The notes: generated by a model not told the origin, from the letters alone. A stretch of DNA of 64,000 nucleotides from Eledone cirrhosa (GCA_964016885.1 OZ024742.1:136710001-136774000); one strand, 5' to 3'; shown: positions 12,155 to 24,820, counted from the stretch's first letter. Translations and numbers: made by a program.

Positions 12155-12845
12155 ACACATATATACACATATATGTGTATATATATATTAATATATATAT
12201 GTATATTTATATATATGTGTATATATATATGTATATATATATATATTTATATATATGTGTATATATATATGTATATTTATATATATGTGTATATATATAT
12301 TTATATATATGTGTATATATATATGTATATTTATATATATGTGTATATATATATTTATATATATATATACACATATATGTGTATATATATATATATATGT
12401 GTATATATATGTGTATATATATATATATATGTGTATATATATGTGTGTATATATAATATATATGTGTATATATATGTGTATATATATATGTGTATATATA
12501 TGTGTATATATATATATATGTGTATATATATATGTATATGTATATATATAAAAGGAACGATCGACTTTCATCAAATCGGACCGAGGAAACAATGTTTCCG
12601 TTGGTCTTTCCAATTGCTAATACTATCTATCGGTTGCAACTCCAGGTAGAAGGAGCAACGTGAAATAAAATGTCTTGCTCAAGGACATAACGCATCGCCC
12701 GGTCCAGGAATTGAACTCACAACCTCACGATTGCGAATCCAATTCTCTAACCACTCAGCCACACGCCTTCACAAATGTATATATATATGTTCATATATAT
12801 ATGTGTATATATATATATATATATATGTGTGTATATATGTGTATA

Positions 12846-12917
<72 letters not shown>

Positions 12918-13299
12918 TATATGTATCTATATGTATGTATGTATGTATATATGTATATATATATGTATATATATGTATACGTATGTATATATATATGTAT
13001 ATATATATGTGTATATGTATATATATGTATATGTATGTATATATATATGTATATGTATGTATATATGTATGTATATATGAGTATATATATATATATGTAT
13101 GTATATGTATAGATGTGTATATATATATGTATATATGTATGTATATGTATATATATATATATGTATGTATATGTATAGATGTGTATATATATATATATGT
13201 ATGTCTATGTATGTATATATATGTATATATGTGTATAATATGTATGTATGTGTATGTATATATATATGTATATATATATATATGGATGTATATATATGT

Positions 13300-13334
<35 letters not shown>

Positions 13335-13353
13335 GATATGTATATATATATGC

Positions 13354-13398
<45 letters not shown>
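12155..13398. repeat. (TA)n-derived arrays (12155-12550, 12776-13398)
   Basis: Directly visible; source of the Ile/Tyr pseudo-ORFs. Confidence 0.95.
12652..12770 (-). mobile_element. SINE family 2 5' part (tRNA-like head + CORE-like domain)
   Basis: Minus strand GAAGGCGTGTGGCTGAGTGGTTAGAG (A-box)...GAGTTCAATTCC (B-box)...CCTTGAGCAAGACATTTTATTTCACGTTGCTCC. Confidence 0.8.
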
Positions 13399-13399
<1 letters not shown>

Positions 13400-13794
13400 G
13401 TTTGCTTACACACATACATTACTTTATAGTAAAATAGTAATGGTTGTAGTGTTGGGTCTATTCAATGAATAATGAACATTTATAATTGGTTTATGGTTAT
13501 TTGCATAATTGTTCGAATTAATAACTTTTATTGACATGCAGTGCTTCAATTTCTTTTGGTTTTAGATTTTCTGTTAAGTTTCTATTTTCAGGTGTTATCT
13601 AATTTGTATCATAAGTCAGTTTTGCATTGTCTCCTCATATTTGTACATGTGTATCTCCATGCACTTTCAGACATACTTACATAAATACATACATACAAGA
13701 ATGTATACATACTTACATATATGTATACATACAAGTATGCATACATATATACAGCAATACATTCATACATATGTACATTTATAGATACATACAA

Positions 13795-14030
13795 GTGTTC
13801 TAGTTGTTTGATCAATGGAGCCATCTGCTCGTGAGATTAACGTACAAGTAGCTGAGTATTTCGTAAACACATTTACTACTAACGTCATTGTCAGGGAGAT
13901 TCAGTTTGACACAATGTGTAACAATGCTGCCCCTTTTAATAATAGCTATATATCATTTATTTCTAATTGAATGTACTAGAATTGTTGTGCCTTGAAGTAA
14001 AGTGCCTTGTCCAGTGGTACAACATGTCAC
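13795..14030 (-). mobile_element. Old dispersed repeat (SINE-like, third family)
   Basis: Similar to + strand stretches at ~31960-32230 and ~61555-61830 (TGTGTC..CTGAAT.TCCC..A.AA..ACG...TTG.ACGTTAAT.TCAC.AGCA). Confidence 0.5.
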
Positions 14031-14594
14031 CAAATGTGACAAGTATTTGTGGATGATATATTTGGTTAAAAGGTCCAGCAAGGACGAAAGGCAAATCTGA
14101 TCTTGTTGGAAATTCAAATTAGTATATAAAGGAGTGTAACTAAATAGTGCAAGCCCTTATTTTCAATCACACCATTTACTGTTTTCCTCACATACACATC
14201 ATATACGCCTGAAGTTTCCTTTTATATTTTCTCTCTTGTTTTTATTAACGCTGGGCAACCATTCTCTGTGGATGAGTTGAGATGTGTTTGGTTGCAACAT
14301 GTGAATTTGTAGATTATAGCACATTAGAGATCAGTTTTCATTTTGGTATTGGTTTTCACCCAATTTATTAAGAAAACCACCTTTAATTCAATAGTTTAAT
14401 ACTGCTGTACCAAACAATGTTGATTTTATCTCACTCCAGTGTGTTTCATGATAATCAATAAGAAGAATTTATAACATTGATTTTTGTTTTCAATGAAAAG
14501 GCTATATATTTATATAAACATATGTTTATATAAATATATTTGACATCAAATGTTTATATAATATAATTTAGCAATTCTATTTAAAGAGAAATAT

Positions 14595-14855
14595 GGAGGT
14601 GCAAGGTAAGGGTGTTGGACTTACAATAATAATGTCATGGGTTTGATTTCTGTACTGGGTTGTGTGTTGTGTTCTTGAGCATAACACTTCATTTCATGTT
14701 GTTTTATTATACTCAGCTGAAAATGAGTACCAGCAATAGTTGGGAGTTTAACTCTGCAATGTACTGGCGTCTTGTCTAGGGTAGCGTATTGTACTCTCAG
14801 TCACTTCACACCACAGTAAGTGGGATAAGCAGTAGCCTGATGAGTATCCAGGCTT
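14595..14855 (+). mobile_element. Degenerate SINE family 2 copy with a different tail
   Basis: GGAGG head, GGGTTTGATTTC B-box remnant, TTCTTGAGCATAACACTTCATTTCATGTTG..TACTCAGCTGAAAATGAG core. Confidence 0.6.
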
Positions 14856-16349
14856 GTTTCACCAGTTGCTATGGTTGATTGTCTGCAAGTAAAAATGATA
14901 TCACCCATCTTTGCTATGCATGTCTTGTTTTTGCATGGTTGTTTTTTTATGTCTAGATAGGTTTGCTATCAGTACTCAATGCGGACTGGGTGCATATTTT
15001 TGTCATGCAACCATCACTATAGTATAGCTACAGCAGGACAAGTAATTTTATTCAGAATGATTGTACTTCCCAGTAGGTTGTTGGTGCTAAGACGTGTGAA
15101 GTCGATATTTCCCCTGCTGAGGCTTCCATTTTTGTTGGTGTGATTTTTAAAGAAGAAATTAACCACTTAATATAAAAATATCAAACAATAAAAACTGCAA
15201 GTTTTTACCTAAACTTTTATCTTTACTGTGTAGGCAAGGCTACATGGATTTTAATAGATATCTTTACTATAAATATCTGTTCAATTACAATCTGCCATCT
15301 TTAAAAAAGAAAGATACATTTGATAGTGTAAATATACAAAAATGTGCTATTATGACAGTTGGAATTTCTTTGATCATAGATCTACTCAATGAAGGTTGAT
15401 CTGGAGCTAAACAAGAACTGTGCTAAAATAGAATAGCAGTTATACCATAGTATCTCCTCAAGAGAAAAAAAGGGAAAGACCACATTGGATAATGTAATTC
15501 CTAAAAAGGATGAATGATCAAGGCTGGAATGATTTTGATCACAGGTCTGATCGATCAAGATTCACTTGAAGTCAAACAGCACTACTCTGCATACACTGCA
15601 TTATACTAAATAAATAAACAAAAATAACAAATGAAAAGAAAATCACATTGCAGTATTTCAAGGCTGTTGTCATGCCAAAATATTTCATTTACCTTGATTC
15701 TCTAAAGCATTTTATCACAATAACAACAATGGAAACAGCAAAAACAACTGCAGCAGCAACACAAATAGTATTAACAACAACAGCACAAAATACTAGCATA
15801 ACATACTTCTGTTCATTGCTTCACATGTTTTCTCATGGTTTTTTTAATACTTTTTTATATTTGTAATTTTCAAGTCCCTCCTTCCCCACAGTCATATCGA
15901 TTTCCGCATTCCCAACCCAACTTATGAAGCAACCTACCCACCCCAACTACCTAAACCTACCTCCCTACTTACCTACCTACACACTGCAACAACAATATTG
16001 ATCACTGTTTGATCAGTCATGCAAACAATTAGTATTGAACAGCGAATACTCAAGCTTAAGGAAGCATTGGAGGTGATGTTAGTGGTAGTTGAATGGTTTG
16101 TAGTTGTGGGGGAAATCTGGTTTGTTGCTGTTGGTGTTGTTTACAATACCCATGGATAATGTAATGTGTTAGTGACAGTAGTAGTGATGGTGGTTCAATG
16201 ATTGTGAGATGGCTTTACCGATGGATGTCTTGCTGTTTTCCATAACAAATGAAACATAGTTATGAGGTTGATGGTTCTGGTAGTAGTAGTATTGTGCATA
16301 GTGATGGTTGTGGGTATATATATATATGGTTGTAAAATGATGATGATGA

Positions 16350-16387
<38 letters not shown>

Positions 16388-16388
<1 letters not shown>

Positions 16389-17816
16389 GCGTAAAAGTTG
16401 GTGTTCATCAGGGCTCTGTTCTTATCACCCTACTATTTATTATTGCCCTTCAGGCTATAACAGTGGAGTTCAAGAGCGGCTGCCCATGGGAACTCCTATA
16501 CGCAGATGATCTAACGCTCATAGCTGAATCAATGGCCGAGCTAGAGAAGAAATTCCAAACATGGAAGCACGGCCTAGAATCAAAAGGCCTTAAAATTAAC
16601 CTAGCCAAGACTAAAGTTCTAGTTTGTAGGAAAGAAAATAAGGCGTTGGTCCCTTCCGGGAAATGGCCATGCTCAGTGTGTAGGAAAGGCATAGGCAGAA
16701 ACTCCATTTTATGTCCCAAATGCAAAATATGGGTGCATAAAAGATGTAGTGGGATCACAGGTAAGCTAACTAAGAACATAGATTTTACATGTGGCCGGTG
16801 CTCTGGTGCAATAAGTAGCAGCAAGTGCCCACAAAATACTAGCTCTTTCAATTGCGCAGAGGGTTCTATAGAAATAGTGGACAGCTTCCGTTACCTGGGT
16901 GACAAAATCAGCAGTGGGGGAGGGTGCTCTGAAAGTACAGTAACTAGAGTCAGAACTGGATGGAAAAAGTTCAGAGAGCTTATACCACTATTAGCCGCTA
17001 AAGGGTTCTCCCTAAAAATGAAAGGCAGGTTGTATGATGCCTGCATACGAACAGCAATGTTGCATGGCAGTGAGACCTGGGCATTGTGTGCAGAGGATAT
17101 ACGCAGACTAGAGAGGAACGAAGCTTGCATGCTCCGCTGGATGTGTAATAGTAATATACGTGAACGGCAAAGCATAAACGAACTAAGGGAAAAATTAGAA
17201 ATAAGAGGGATCAGATGTTGTTTACTCGAGAGAAGGCTACGTTGGTATGGTCACGTGATGCGCATGAAAAACGACAGCTGTATAAAAAAGTGCAGGGCAA
17301 TAAAGATAGATGGTAGCCACGGAGTAGGCAAACCCAGAAAAACCTGGGACGACCTGATAAATTCCGACCTCACACACTTACACCTCTCCAAGACAAGTCA
17401 CTGGACCGAGATCTTTGGCGGTACTCAGTAATAAAGAAGACCCGCCTTGCCTAAATACAAAGTAAACCTACTACAGTCAGTAGGCATCTCTAACAAAATA
17501 CGCCCCCCCCCCCCATCCACACCGCCCCTTTCAATGTAAATTTATGTTCGTGCCACAACATCCAGGCCGAAACAAATGAGATCGTGTAGGTGTCACGACA
17601 AAAATATACACAGTCAACGCTGTAATGTGGCCGTGTAGGCAACACGGTAAAAACCTCCCAGTCCCACACTGTAAATGTGGTTGGTGTTAGGAAGGGCATC
17701 CAGCTGTAGAAAACCCGCCAGACAGTCCTATGCGAGCAAGACAACCACTCTTGCCTCAAGTGGGAAAACTCCCGTCCAAACCCATGCAAGCGTGGAACAT
17801 GGACGTTAAACGATGA

Positions 17817-17820
<4 letters not shown>
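16388..17820 (+). mobile_element. 5'-truncated RTE-clade LINE, family A (RT C-terminal half + 3' UTR)
   Basis: ORF 16262-17431 from VKVGVHQGSVL..LLF through LLYADD (16499-16510), FRYLGD, HGSETW, LRWYGHVMRM and GKPRKTW. A 1-nt deletion near 17396 (AG versus ATG in family B) shifts the frame; the restored frame ends LDRDLWRYSVIKKTRLA* at 17452-17454. (GAT)n tail; TA runs on both sides. The ORF's first ~40 aa are flanking microsatellite. Confidence 0.95.
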
Positions 17821-17877
<57 letters not shown>

Positions 17878-17930
17878 TATAAATATATATATAAATATAT
17901 ATATAAATATATATATAAATATATATATAA

Positions 17931-17988
<58 letters not shown>

Positions 17989-17992
<4 letters not shown>

Positions 17993-18094
17993 GACTTCTA
18001 CAGGGCTAGAATTGTTTTAATATGTATGAAATCATCTGGACATTCCCGATGATTTCATATGAATGAAACAGTTTTAGTGCTGTAGAAGTCATTT
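17989..18094. repeat. Fold-back palindrome containing a hammerhead-like fold
   Basis: Perfect 15-bp outer arms 17989-18003 / 18080-18094 and 12-bp inner arms 18025-18036 / 18048-18059. Confidence 0.85.
18039..18090 (+). ncRNA. Putative type I hammerhead ribozyme (variant or decayed)
   Basis: GACAUUC-CCGAUGA-uUUCauauGAAu-GAAA-CAG..CUG-UA-GAAGUC: all three stems close around a near-consensus core, with U4>C and a U.U at the base of stem II. Confidence 0.5.
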
Positions 18095-18665
18095 CTATGT
18101 ATAATAAAGATGCCTATACTCTACCTATGTATTGAGTACCGTTTTTAACTCTTACTGACAAAAATCAGGAACCTGCAGGGAAAGTGGACATTAAGATGGC
18201 AATGATGATGATGATATGTGTGTGAGTAATAGGACTACTGATGGTGGTATGTTAGCTGTTCAATAGTTGGTATATGATTTCGTTTGGGGGAGGGGAGTTG
18301 GTAAATAAAGTACTAATCCAAGACCACTACGTTGGCAGGTTTCCTGCATTTGGATCTCAAATCCCACTTCACACTATCAGAAAAACTGCGATGCTCTGCT
18401 AAGAGCTGTGACTGACATCATAAAGAATGGGAAGACCAATGGATACATAATTTCTTTGGTCTAATGTGGATAATGAGCTCCTTTCCTTTTTGTTGTTACC
18501 TTCTTTTATCTTAAATTGTACCACACTTTTTACATTGCCACATTACATATCTTCTTTATACACACACACATATATATATATATCAAATATGTATTGAGTT
18601 AAAAACTCACAAAAGTCCCTTATAATCAACTTAGCTCAAGGAAACAAATGTTCCAGGCTTTATAA

Positions 18666-19054
18666 CACAGTAAAGAGAAACAAACACAGATATATAACTA
18701 TATGTGTTCAAATCATAAGGAACAGTAGTGAGGGATATACTGGTCATGAAGCATCCATTGAAAAGTATTTGGACCAGTAATTCTCTTTACTTAATTGCGA
18801 AACAGTTATACCTGAAAGCTATCTGGATGCATGATAGTTATCATAGTAGGTTCATATATCTCTATTTATCCTTTTAATTGATTTCTGTGAACCGTACTAT
18901 TTTTAGTCAGTATTTTCTTCACCCTGCTGATTTCTGTCCCTTGTGATTTGAATGCATATAGTTATATATCTGTGTACATTTCTCTTTACTGTATATATAT
19001 ATATATATATTCAAATCACAAGGGACAGAAATCAGCAGGGTGAAGAAAATACTG
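18666..19054. repeat. Three-armed inverted repeat
   Basis: Perfect 46-bp inverted repeat 18908-18953 / 19009-19054; a diverged third arm at ~18666-18725 is the inverted copy of ~18934-18992. Confidence 0.9.
18744..18834 (+). ncRNA. Decayed type I hammerhead-like fold
   Basis: Stem I GCATCCA/TGGATGC (18751-57 / 18824-30), extended by TCAT/ATGA; core TTGAAAA instead of CTGANGA; stem II G..C; GAAA 18799-18802; stem III CAGTT/AGCT(A); triplet ATC. Confidence 0.45.
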
Positions 19055-19273
19055 TTTGTGTGTATATATATATATATATCCACACACACACAAAATTAGG
19101 TTAAATTCACAATGTTTTCATCTGTCAAATATCAAAGTTTGGAAGAGGTTGTTAAAAAGATTGGGAGTGGGAGCCATGGGGGCCAAAGTGGAAGGTCCAG
19201 GTGTCTCATGGGTGTGGCTGTATGTGTGTTTGCTAATGGGGTGAAGTTGGTAGGTGTGCATTATTGCTTCTGT

Positions 19274-19454
19274 GGATTGGCAGTATCGGTAGAGGGTCGG
19301 ACGCCATGCTTTGAAGCATAGAGTTACGGCCCTTTATGATCTAAGTTCAAATCCCGCCGAGGTTAACTTTGCCTTTCATCCTTATGGGGTCGATAAAATA
19401 AAGTACCAGTAATGCACTGGGATAATTGCTGGCCTTGTGCCAAAAGTAGAAACA
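19274..19454 (+). mobile_element. SINE family 1 (OK-like, Nin-domain-like core), short form, with 14-bp TSD
   Basis: TGGCAGTATCGG A-box-like and AGTTCAAATCC B-box-like motifs; GCCTTTCATCCTTATGGGGTCGATAAAATAAAGTACCAG core; TSD ATTATTGCTTCTGT at 19260-19273 and 19455-19468. Family naming is from memory. Confidence 0.9.
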
Positions 19455-19856
19455 ATTATTGCTTCTGTTTGTGAGTGTGTGTACATATGCATGCCTCTGA
19501 GTCTTATCTTGTGTGTGCACACTGGTGTGTGTATGTGACTTCTTTCAACTGTTGCTATGTATGAGAGTGTCTGTGTGTGTATATATATATATATATATTA
19601 GAAAGATCGAGTATCGAAAAATCGGCGCACGAGTTCACGATAAACAATATTCGAAATGAGCGGCAGAGGGCTCAATAATTCAGATGAATCAGAGCTATAA
19701 CTATCGTTAAAATACCGTCACATATAGAACAAGTCTACAATCAACCATACGATAAAAAATCGATAATAGAAGATTCGGGACAAACAGATAAAAAATATCA
19801 ATAAAACAATACATCAATAATTTAAATGAATGTAATATATATATATATATATATAG

Positions 19857-19991
19857 CTTAAGCCAAAATTTTGTTGGTGGTGGGAATATAAACAAGACAA
19901 ACTAAAATAAGTCAGTTTCATTCATATAAGTGAAACTGACTTATTTTAGGTTGTCTAGCTTATATTCCATGAAAGGAGATTTTGGCTTAAG
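19857..19991. repeat. Fold-back palindrome (~135 bp)
   Basis: Perfect 19-bp inner arms 19902-19920 / 19931-19949 and 13-bp outer arms 19857-19869 / 19979-19991. Confidence 0.9.
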
Positions 19992-20628
19992 TTGAATGTG
20001 TTTAAATGCTCCTCTGAGTTGATGTTTATCTTTTCATTGAGATGTCTGACTATATTAGAGACAAATAATTTGCTATTATATATATATGTATATATATATA
20101 TAGATAAAGATAGACAGATATAGATATAAAAGGTAGTGTGTTTGTGTATGTTTGTATCCTTCTATTTTACATTATCTAGCTTTCAAGCACTTAAGATTTG
20201 GTCTATTTTCAAAATCACACACACACACACACACTCTCTCATATATATATATATATATTTATATCCCATTAAACAATGAGATGAAAATCATTTTTAATGA
20301 ACCCAAATAAACTCCTCACCCAACCAACCTTCTCTTCTCAACATGCCTATCTAGTACATATCTGCAATATTTACAACAATGGTAATAATAGAGGCATTTT
20401 TCTTGTGAAAATATTCTATTTTATATAGCTTGATGTATTTGATGTTTTCATTAACTTATTCAGTTATGCCCATCTTTGACTTTTCTTCTTTACTAACAAC
20501 CTACACACAGACATGTATAACTGAAAGATTTCCTTACTCATCTATTTTAACTGTCCAATCATTCATCCCTATTCATGAAATGTTTAAATCCAAACTATAT
20601 ATATGCCAATTAACATCATAGTGTGTGC

Positions 20629-20672
<44 letters not shown>

Positions 20673-20830
20673 TCACATATATGTGTGTATGTATGTGTGT
20701 ATGTCTCTCTATCTATCTATCTATATATATATATGTAAAATTCTGAGTAAATAAATAAAACAAAGTGAGTATAAAAATAGTATATAAACAACATATATAG
20801 CATATAAAATTGCTTTATATATTAGTATAT

Positions 20831-21202
20831 ACGACCGTGACCTCTGGTGTCACGCAGTAATACAGAGTACCCGACCTCCCATGGGTACAAGCTGAAGCAT
20901 ATAGACAATATGCCCCCACACCCTCCCACTGCAAGGTGGTCGTGGAGGTGCCACGGCAAAAAAGCACCCAGCCCACACTGTAAAGTGGACGTGTAGGCGC
21001 CACGAAAAAGCATCCAGCACTCACTGTAAATGAGGTTGGTGTTAGGAAGGGCATCCAGCTGTAGAAATCAAGCCAAATCAGTTCCTGTATGAGCAAGGCA
21101 TGGTCAGCTGACCAGACACTGCTCACAACAAGACAACCCGTCTAACCCATGCTAGCGTGGAAGAACTGATGTAAAACGGTGATGATGATGATGATGATGA
21201 TG
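20831..21202 (+). mobile_element. 5'-truncated RTE LINE family B copy
   Basis: Highly similar to ~11790-12154; (GAT)n tail followed by TA. Confidence 0.9.
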
Positions 21203-22705
21203 TATATATATGATTAGTCTTATCGGTATTTGTGTGTTGTTTGGAGTATACTCTTTTAGTAATTCATTGTCTATGTATATGTGTGTGTATGCACGAATAC
21301 TTATTGGGTTGACCTCCTACATGGTGATCATTTATTGCGAATATTGGGTCTTTGATTTCAATTCCTCTTAGCAGTAGTTACAACAAGCATGTGAACTTCC
21401 AGCTGTTATCCGAAATTAAATGTGCTTCATAGCTAACTAGCCACTGGTGATCTAACTGGTATCTACTACACAGAAGCACATGCAAACACAGACATATCTT
21501 CATTTAAGTAAAAGAGTTTGATCTTTTTGTGTGTATTTGTGTGGCTGTGTGGGAGTCTTTGTATATATCTATAGATGTATGTGATTGCATATGTCTATCT
21601 TTATACTTAGGTTTAGCTGTGTGGTTTTGCCTGACTATATGTGTATGCATGTCTAAATATTTGTGTGTCACTCTACATACACTTAACAGTGTGTAAAGTG
21701 CCAGAAAAAACCCATTAGTCTGAGAAAAGAAAAAGTTAGAGAGGCACACAAGAGATAACTTGTTAGGAAAATATAGGGTGGATGGATGGATGTGGGTCTA
21801 TGTCTTCATAACATAAATTGAGTTTGATACATTGATCAGGGTAGCTAGTTTATTACATATATATATATATGGAGTGATCATTTTAGATAGATAGATGGAC
21901 AGAGAGATTACTGGATGGTTGGATAGATAGCAGGAGAGAAAGATAAATACAATTATAGGCATAGATTGATGGAATGGGGGCTGAAATTGTAAGAATACAA
22001 GAAAAATAACTAAAGAGGAAGGGCAGAAGGAAAGCAACAGGAGAAAGAGGAGCGAGAGAGAAAGAGAGTGAGAGATTAGAATGGAAATAGATAGAGATAG
22101 AGAACTAACACAAAGAAAAATATCAGGTTAAAAAAGATTTGTCTAGAGATAAAGAACATACTTAAAGTGTATATCAGAAAGATTATTCACACTAAATTTG
22201 AATAGAGGGGAAAGGGAGAAAAAACAAAGAAATATATAACAGAGAGAGTGACTGGAAAGATTCATAAGTAAATAAAAGGGGAGTTGGAAGATGGGAGAAA
22301 GAGGAGCAAGTTCAGATGGAAAAGCTTTGACAAAGGGGACTTTGCAGTAATTCTTATATATAGGGACATTAAATTTTAAAGTGGCTGTTCTCTATTGGTA
22401 TTTCTCTAACATCATCCCAATAATCAATACCTATTGTTTCATTCCTATCCCTCTTGGTGCTTGACCAAGTTTCTACACAAAAGCACTAGGTACTGACTAA
22501 CTAATAATGCTTGTTGTTGCTGTTAATTGGTGTTATTTATGTTATATATTTAGTATATGAATGTGCTTGCTACCAGCTGGCTTTGTTAGATTGAAAGAAA
22601 AGCAGATTTGGTTTTTGCTTCATTGTTAAATTGTTTGATTCAGCTATAAATATTTGACACATGCATTTATATACACACACATAAATATACACATATATAA
22701 ATATA

Positions 22706-22747
<42 letters not shown>

Positions 22748-22809
22748 TATATAAATATATATATATTTATATATATATATATATACATACATATATATAT
22801 ATACACATA

Positions 22810-22868
22810 GTTCCGGTCCCACCCTTCAAAGCAGGGAAAAAGCAGGCGTAAAATGAAATGATGATGAT
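22810..22868 (+). mobile_element. 5'-truncated tail of SINE family 2
   Basis: GTTCCGGTCCCACCCTTCAAAGCAGGGAAAAAGCAGGCGTAAAATGAAA(TGA)n matches ~39589-39658; TA flanks. Confidence 0.8.
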
Positions 22869-24277
22869 ATATACCAATTGTGTTGTTATTTCTGTTTACC
22901 ACTTATATATATATGTATGTGTGTCTGTGTGTGTGTATGTATGTATGTATGTATGTATGTATGTATGTATGTATGTATGTATGTATGTATATCTATATAT
23001 ATATATAAGCAAAAGGGATATTCAATTTGTTGGTAATTCAACAAATATAAATGTTTATAACTGATTCATAGGACTCAACAAGTTTTCTGGGGTATAATAT
23101 TCAATCATATTAAATAAATGGAAACTATATTTATAAAACCACATTTTGGTACGCGCTCATCAGATAAAATACAAAGTTTGTTTTATAAATATTGACATAA
23201 CCAAGAAAAGATACCTTAACGGTTCAAGATTTCTTGGATAGTGAAGGAAAAGAGAAGAAAAGATATTTCAAATTATTAAGATGAGTATGCAAATGAGGTT
23301 GAGGTATAGGGTTGAAAAAAAACGTTATTTTTAGACGCTATGCAGAATTTAAATAATTAGGATATATAATTAAATAATTAGTATAAGTAGGAAGAAAAAA
23401 AAAAAAGAAGAGCTTGTATTTACGTTAATTTAAAAGGAATTAACAATTTGCAGGAATGGTGGAATATGATTCCAGAATTTAAATTTATTTAGCTATAATA
23501 TGAGCTATAATATTGTATATATAATCAATTAGATTATATGAAGAATTATGGTTGTAAGTAGATTTTTTCTTATTACATTACAACAGGTTGTAAGTATATA
23601 AATATCTATATAGATTAATAATTGTGCATGTATAAGTATTATAGAAGTAGAGATAAGTTACAATTATTAGTTGTTTACATTTCTAATGAGTTACGAAGGA
23701 TGTTGATTTTGCATTTTACATAAAAAAAACACGTAGTTCAAGTTGTAAGAGGAGAATAATTTGTAGATTCAAATATTTTGTTCCAACATTGAAAATGTTT
23801 TCAGAATATTGTTAAGTTAGCGACGTTATATAGTTTATCGTACATATTATATTATATTATAATATAATGTTTATGTTTGCACAATTGAAAAGGAAAAGAT
23901 AACTCCAATCTTGTTTGCTAACCGTTAAATTTGATGAATGATTTACTCAGAAAATATATAGAGAAAATTATATATTATTTTGTGTGAGATTAATTGCAAC
24001 TATATATAATTTTAGTCGAAAGTTGTGTGAAAGTTTGAAGATCAAAGAAGAGGAAAAAAGTAATGTGCATTTCGAAGAACTAACGTAAAGAGGATAAACT
24101 TTCAGAATGTCAATTAAAGATTATCAATCTACATCTAAAAAAATATATTTAGAGGGGTATCATTAAGAAGATAATGTCAAAGGGTAAAAATAGTAAAAAT
24201 ATTAAACAATTAAGAAGGAAGATCATTAAAAAAAAATTTTAATTAAAATTTTTAAAGAAAATACTCAGTAAAAAGTT

Positions 24278-24820
24278 AGATACCACTCTGTTTTTAACAG
24301 ACACACTGTTAAACTATCCTACTCTACTATGAACATAGCACAAAATATAAATAGAATTAATAATAGAAACTTAAATTTAAACCCTAACCAAACAAACCAA
24401 GATAGCAATAATAATATTTCTAACAACAATATTCATAATAATAGTACCGTTCCGAATATCAACAACTCCAGGAAAAATGTAACTTGTAGAATTAAATCAA
24501 ACTGCCCTTTACAAAATAATTGCTTAGACAAAAACGTAATTTATAAATCCACAGTTAAAACTAGAGACAAAATATTTAACTATATTGGTGCCACTTCTAC
24601 AAAATTCAAAGAACGCTGGTTTAACCATAAACTCACATTTAATAGATCCGATAAAAAATCTTCCACTTCACTTTCACATTTAATTTGGAATTTAAATGTC
24701 AACAATATAGACTATTCAATATCTTAGGGAACAATTTCGAAAGCACCTGCATACCGAAATATGGCTTTCTCAAGATTATGTAATTTGTGTATCGAGGAAA
24801 TTTTTCGTATAATTAAACAT
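24278..24820 (+). mobile_element. Penelope-like element fragment: linker + GIY-YIG endonuclease (pseudogenised)
   Basis: Single frame RYHSVFNRHTVKLSYSTMN...TCRIKSNCPLQNNCLDKNVIYKSTV..NYIGATSTKFKERWFNH..TSLSHLIWNL..YSIS*GTISKAPAY..RLCNLCIEE. The TAG at 24725-24727 falls at a position that is usually Trp. The AT-rich stretch ~23050-24270 may be further decayed PLE sequence. Confidence 0.85.

Noticed and set aside
14504-14539. Perfect 36-bp palindrome
   Set aside because: Almost entirely A/T and derived from TA repeats, so expected in this background.
16262-16387. Signal-peptide-like hydrophobic N-terminus on the RT ORF (domesticated gene?)
   Set aside because: Encoded by flanking GTA/GAT/TA microsatellites; the LINE is 5'-truncated mid-RT and frameshifted near its end.
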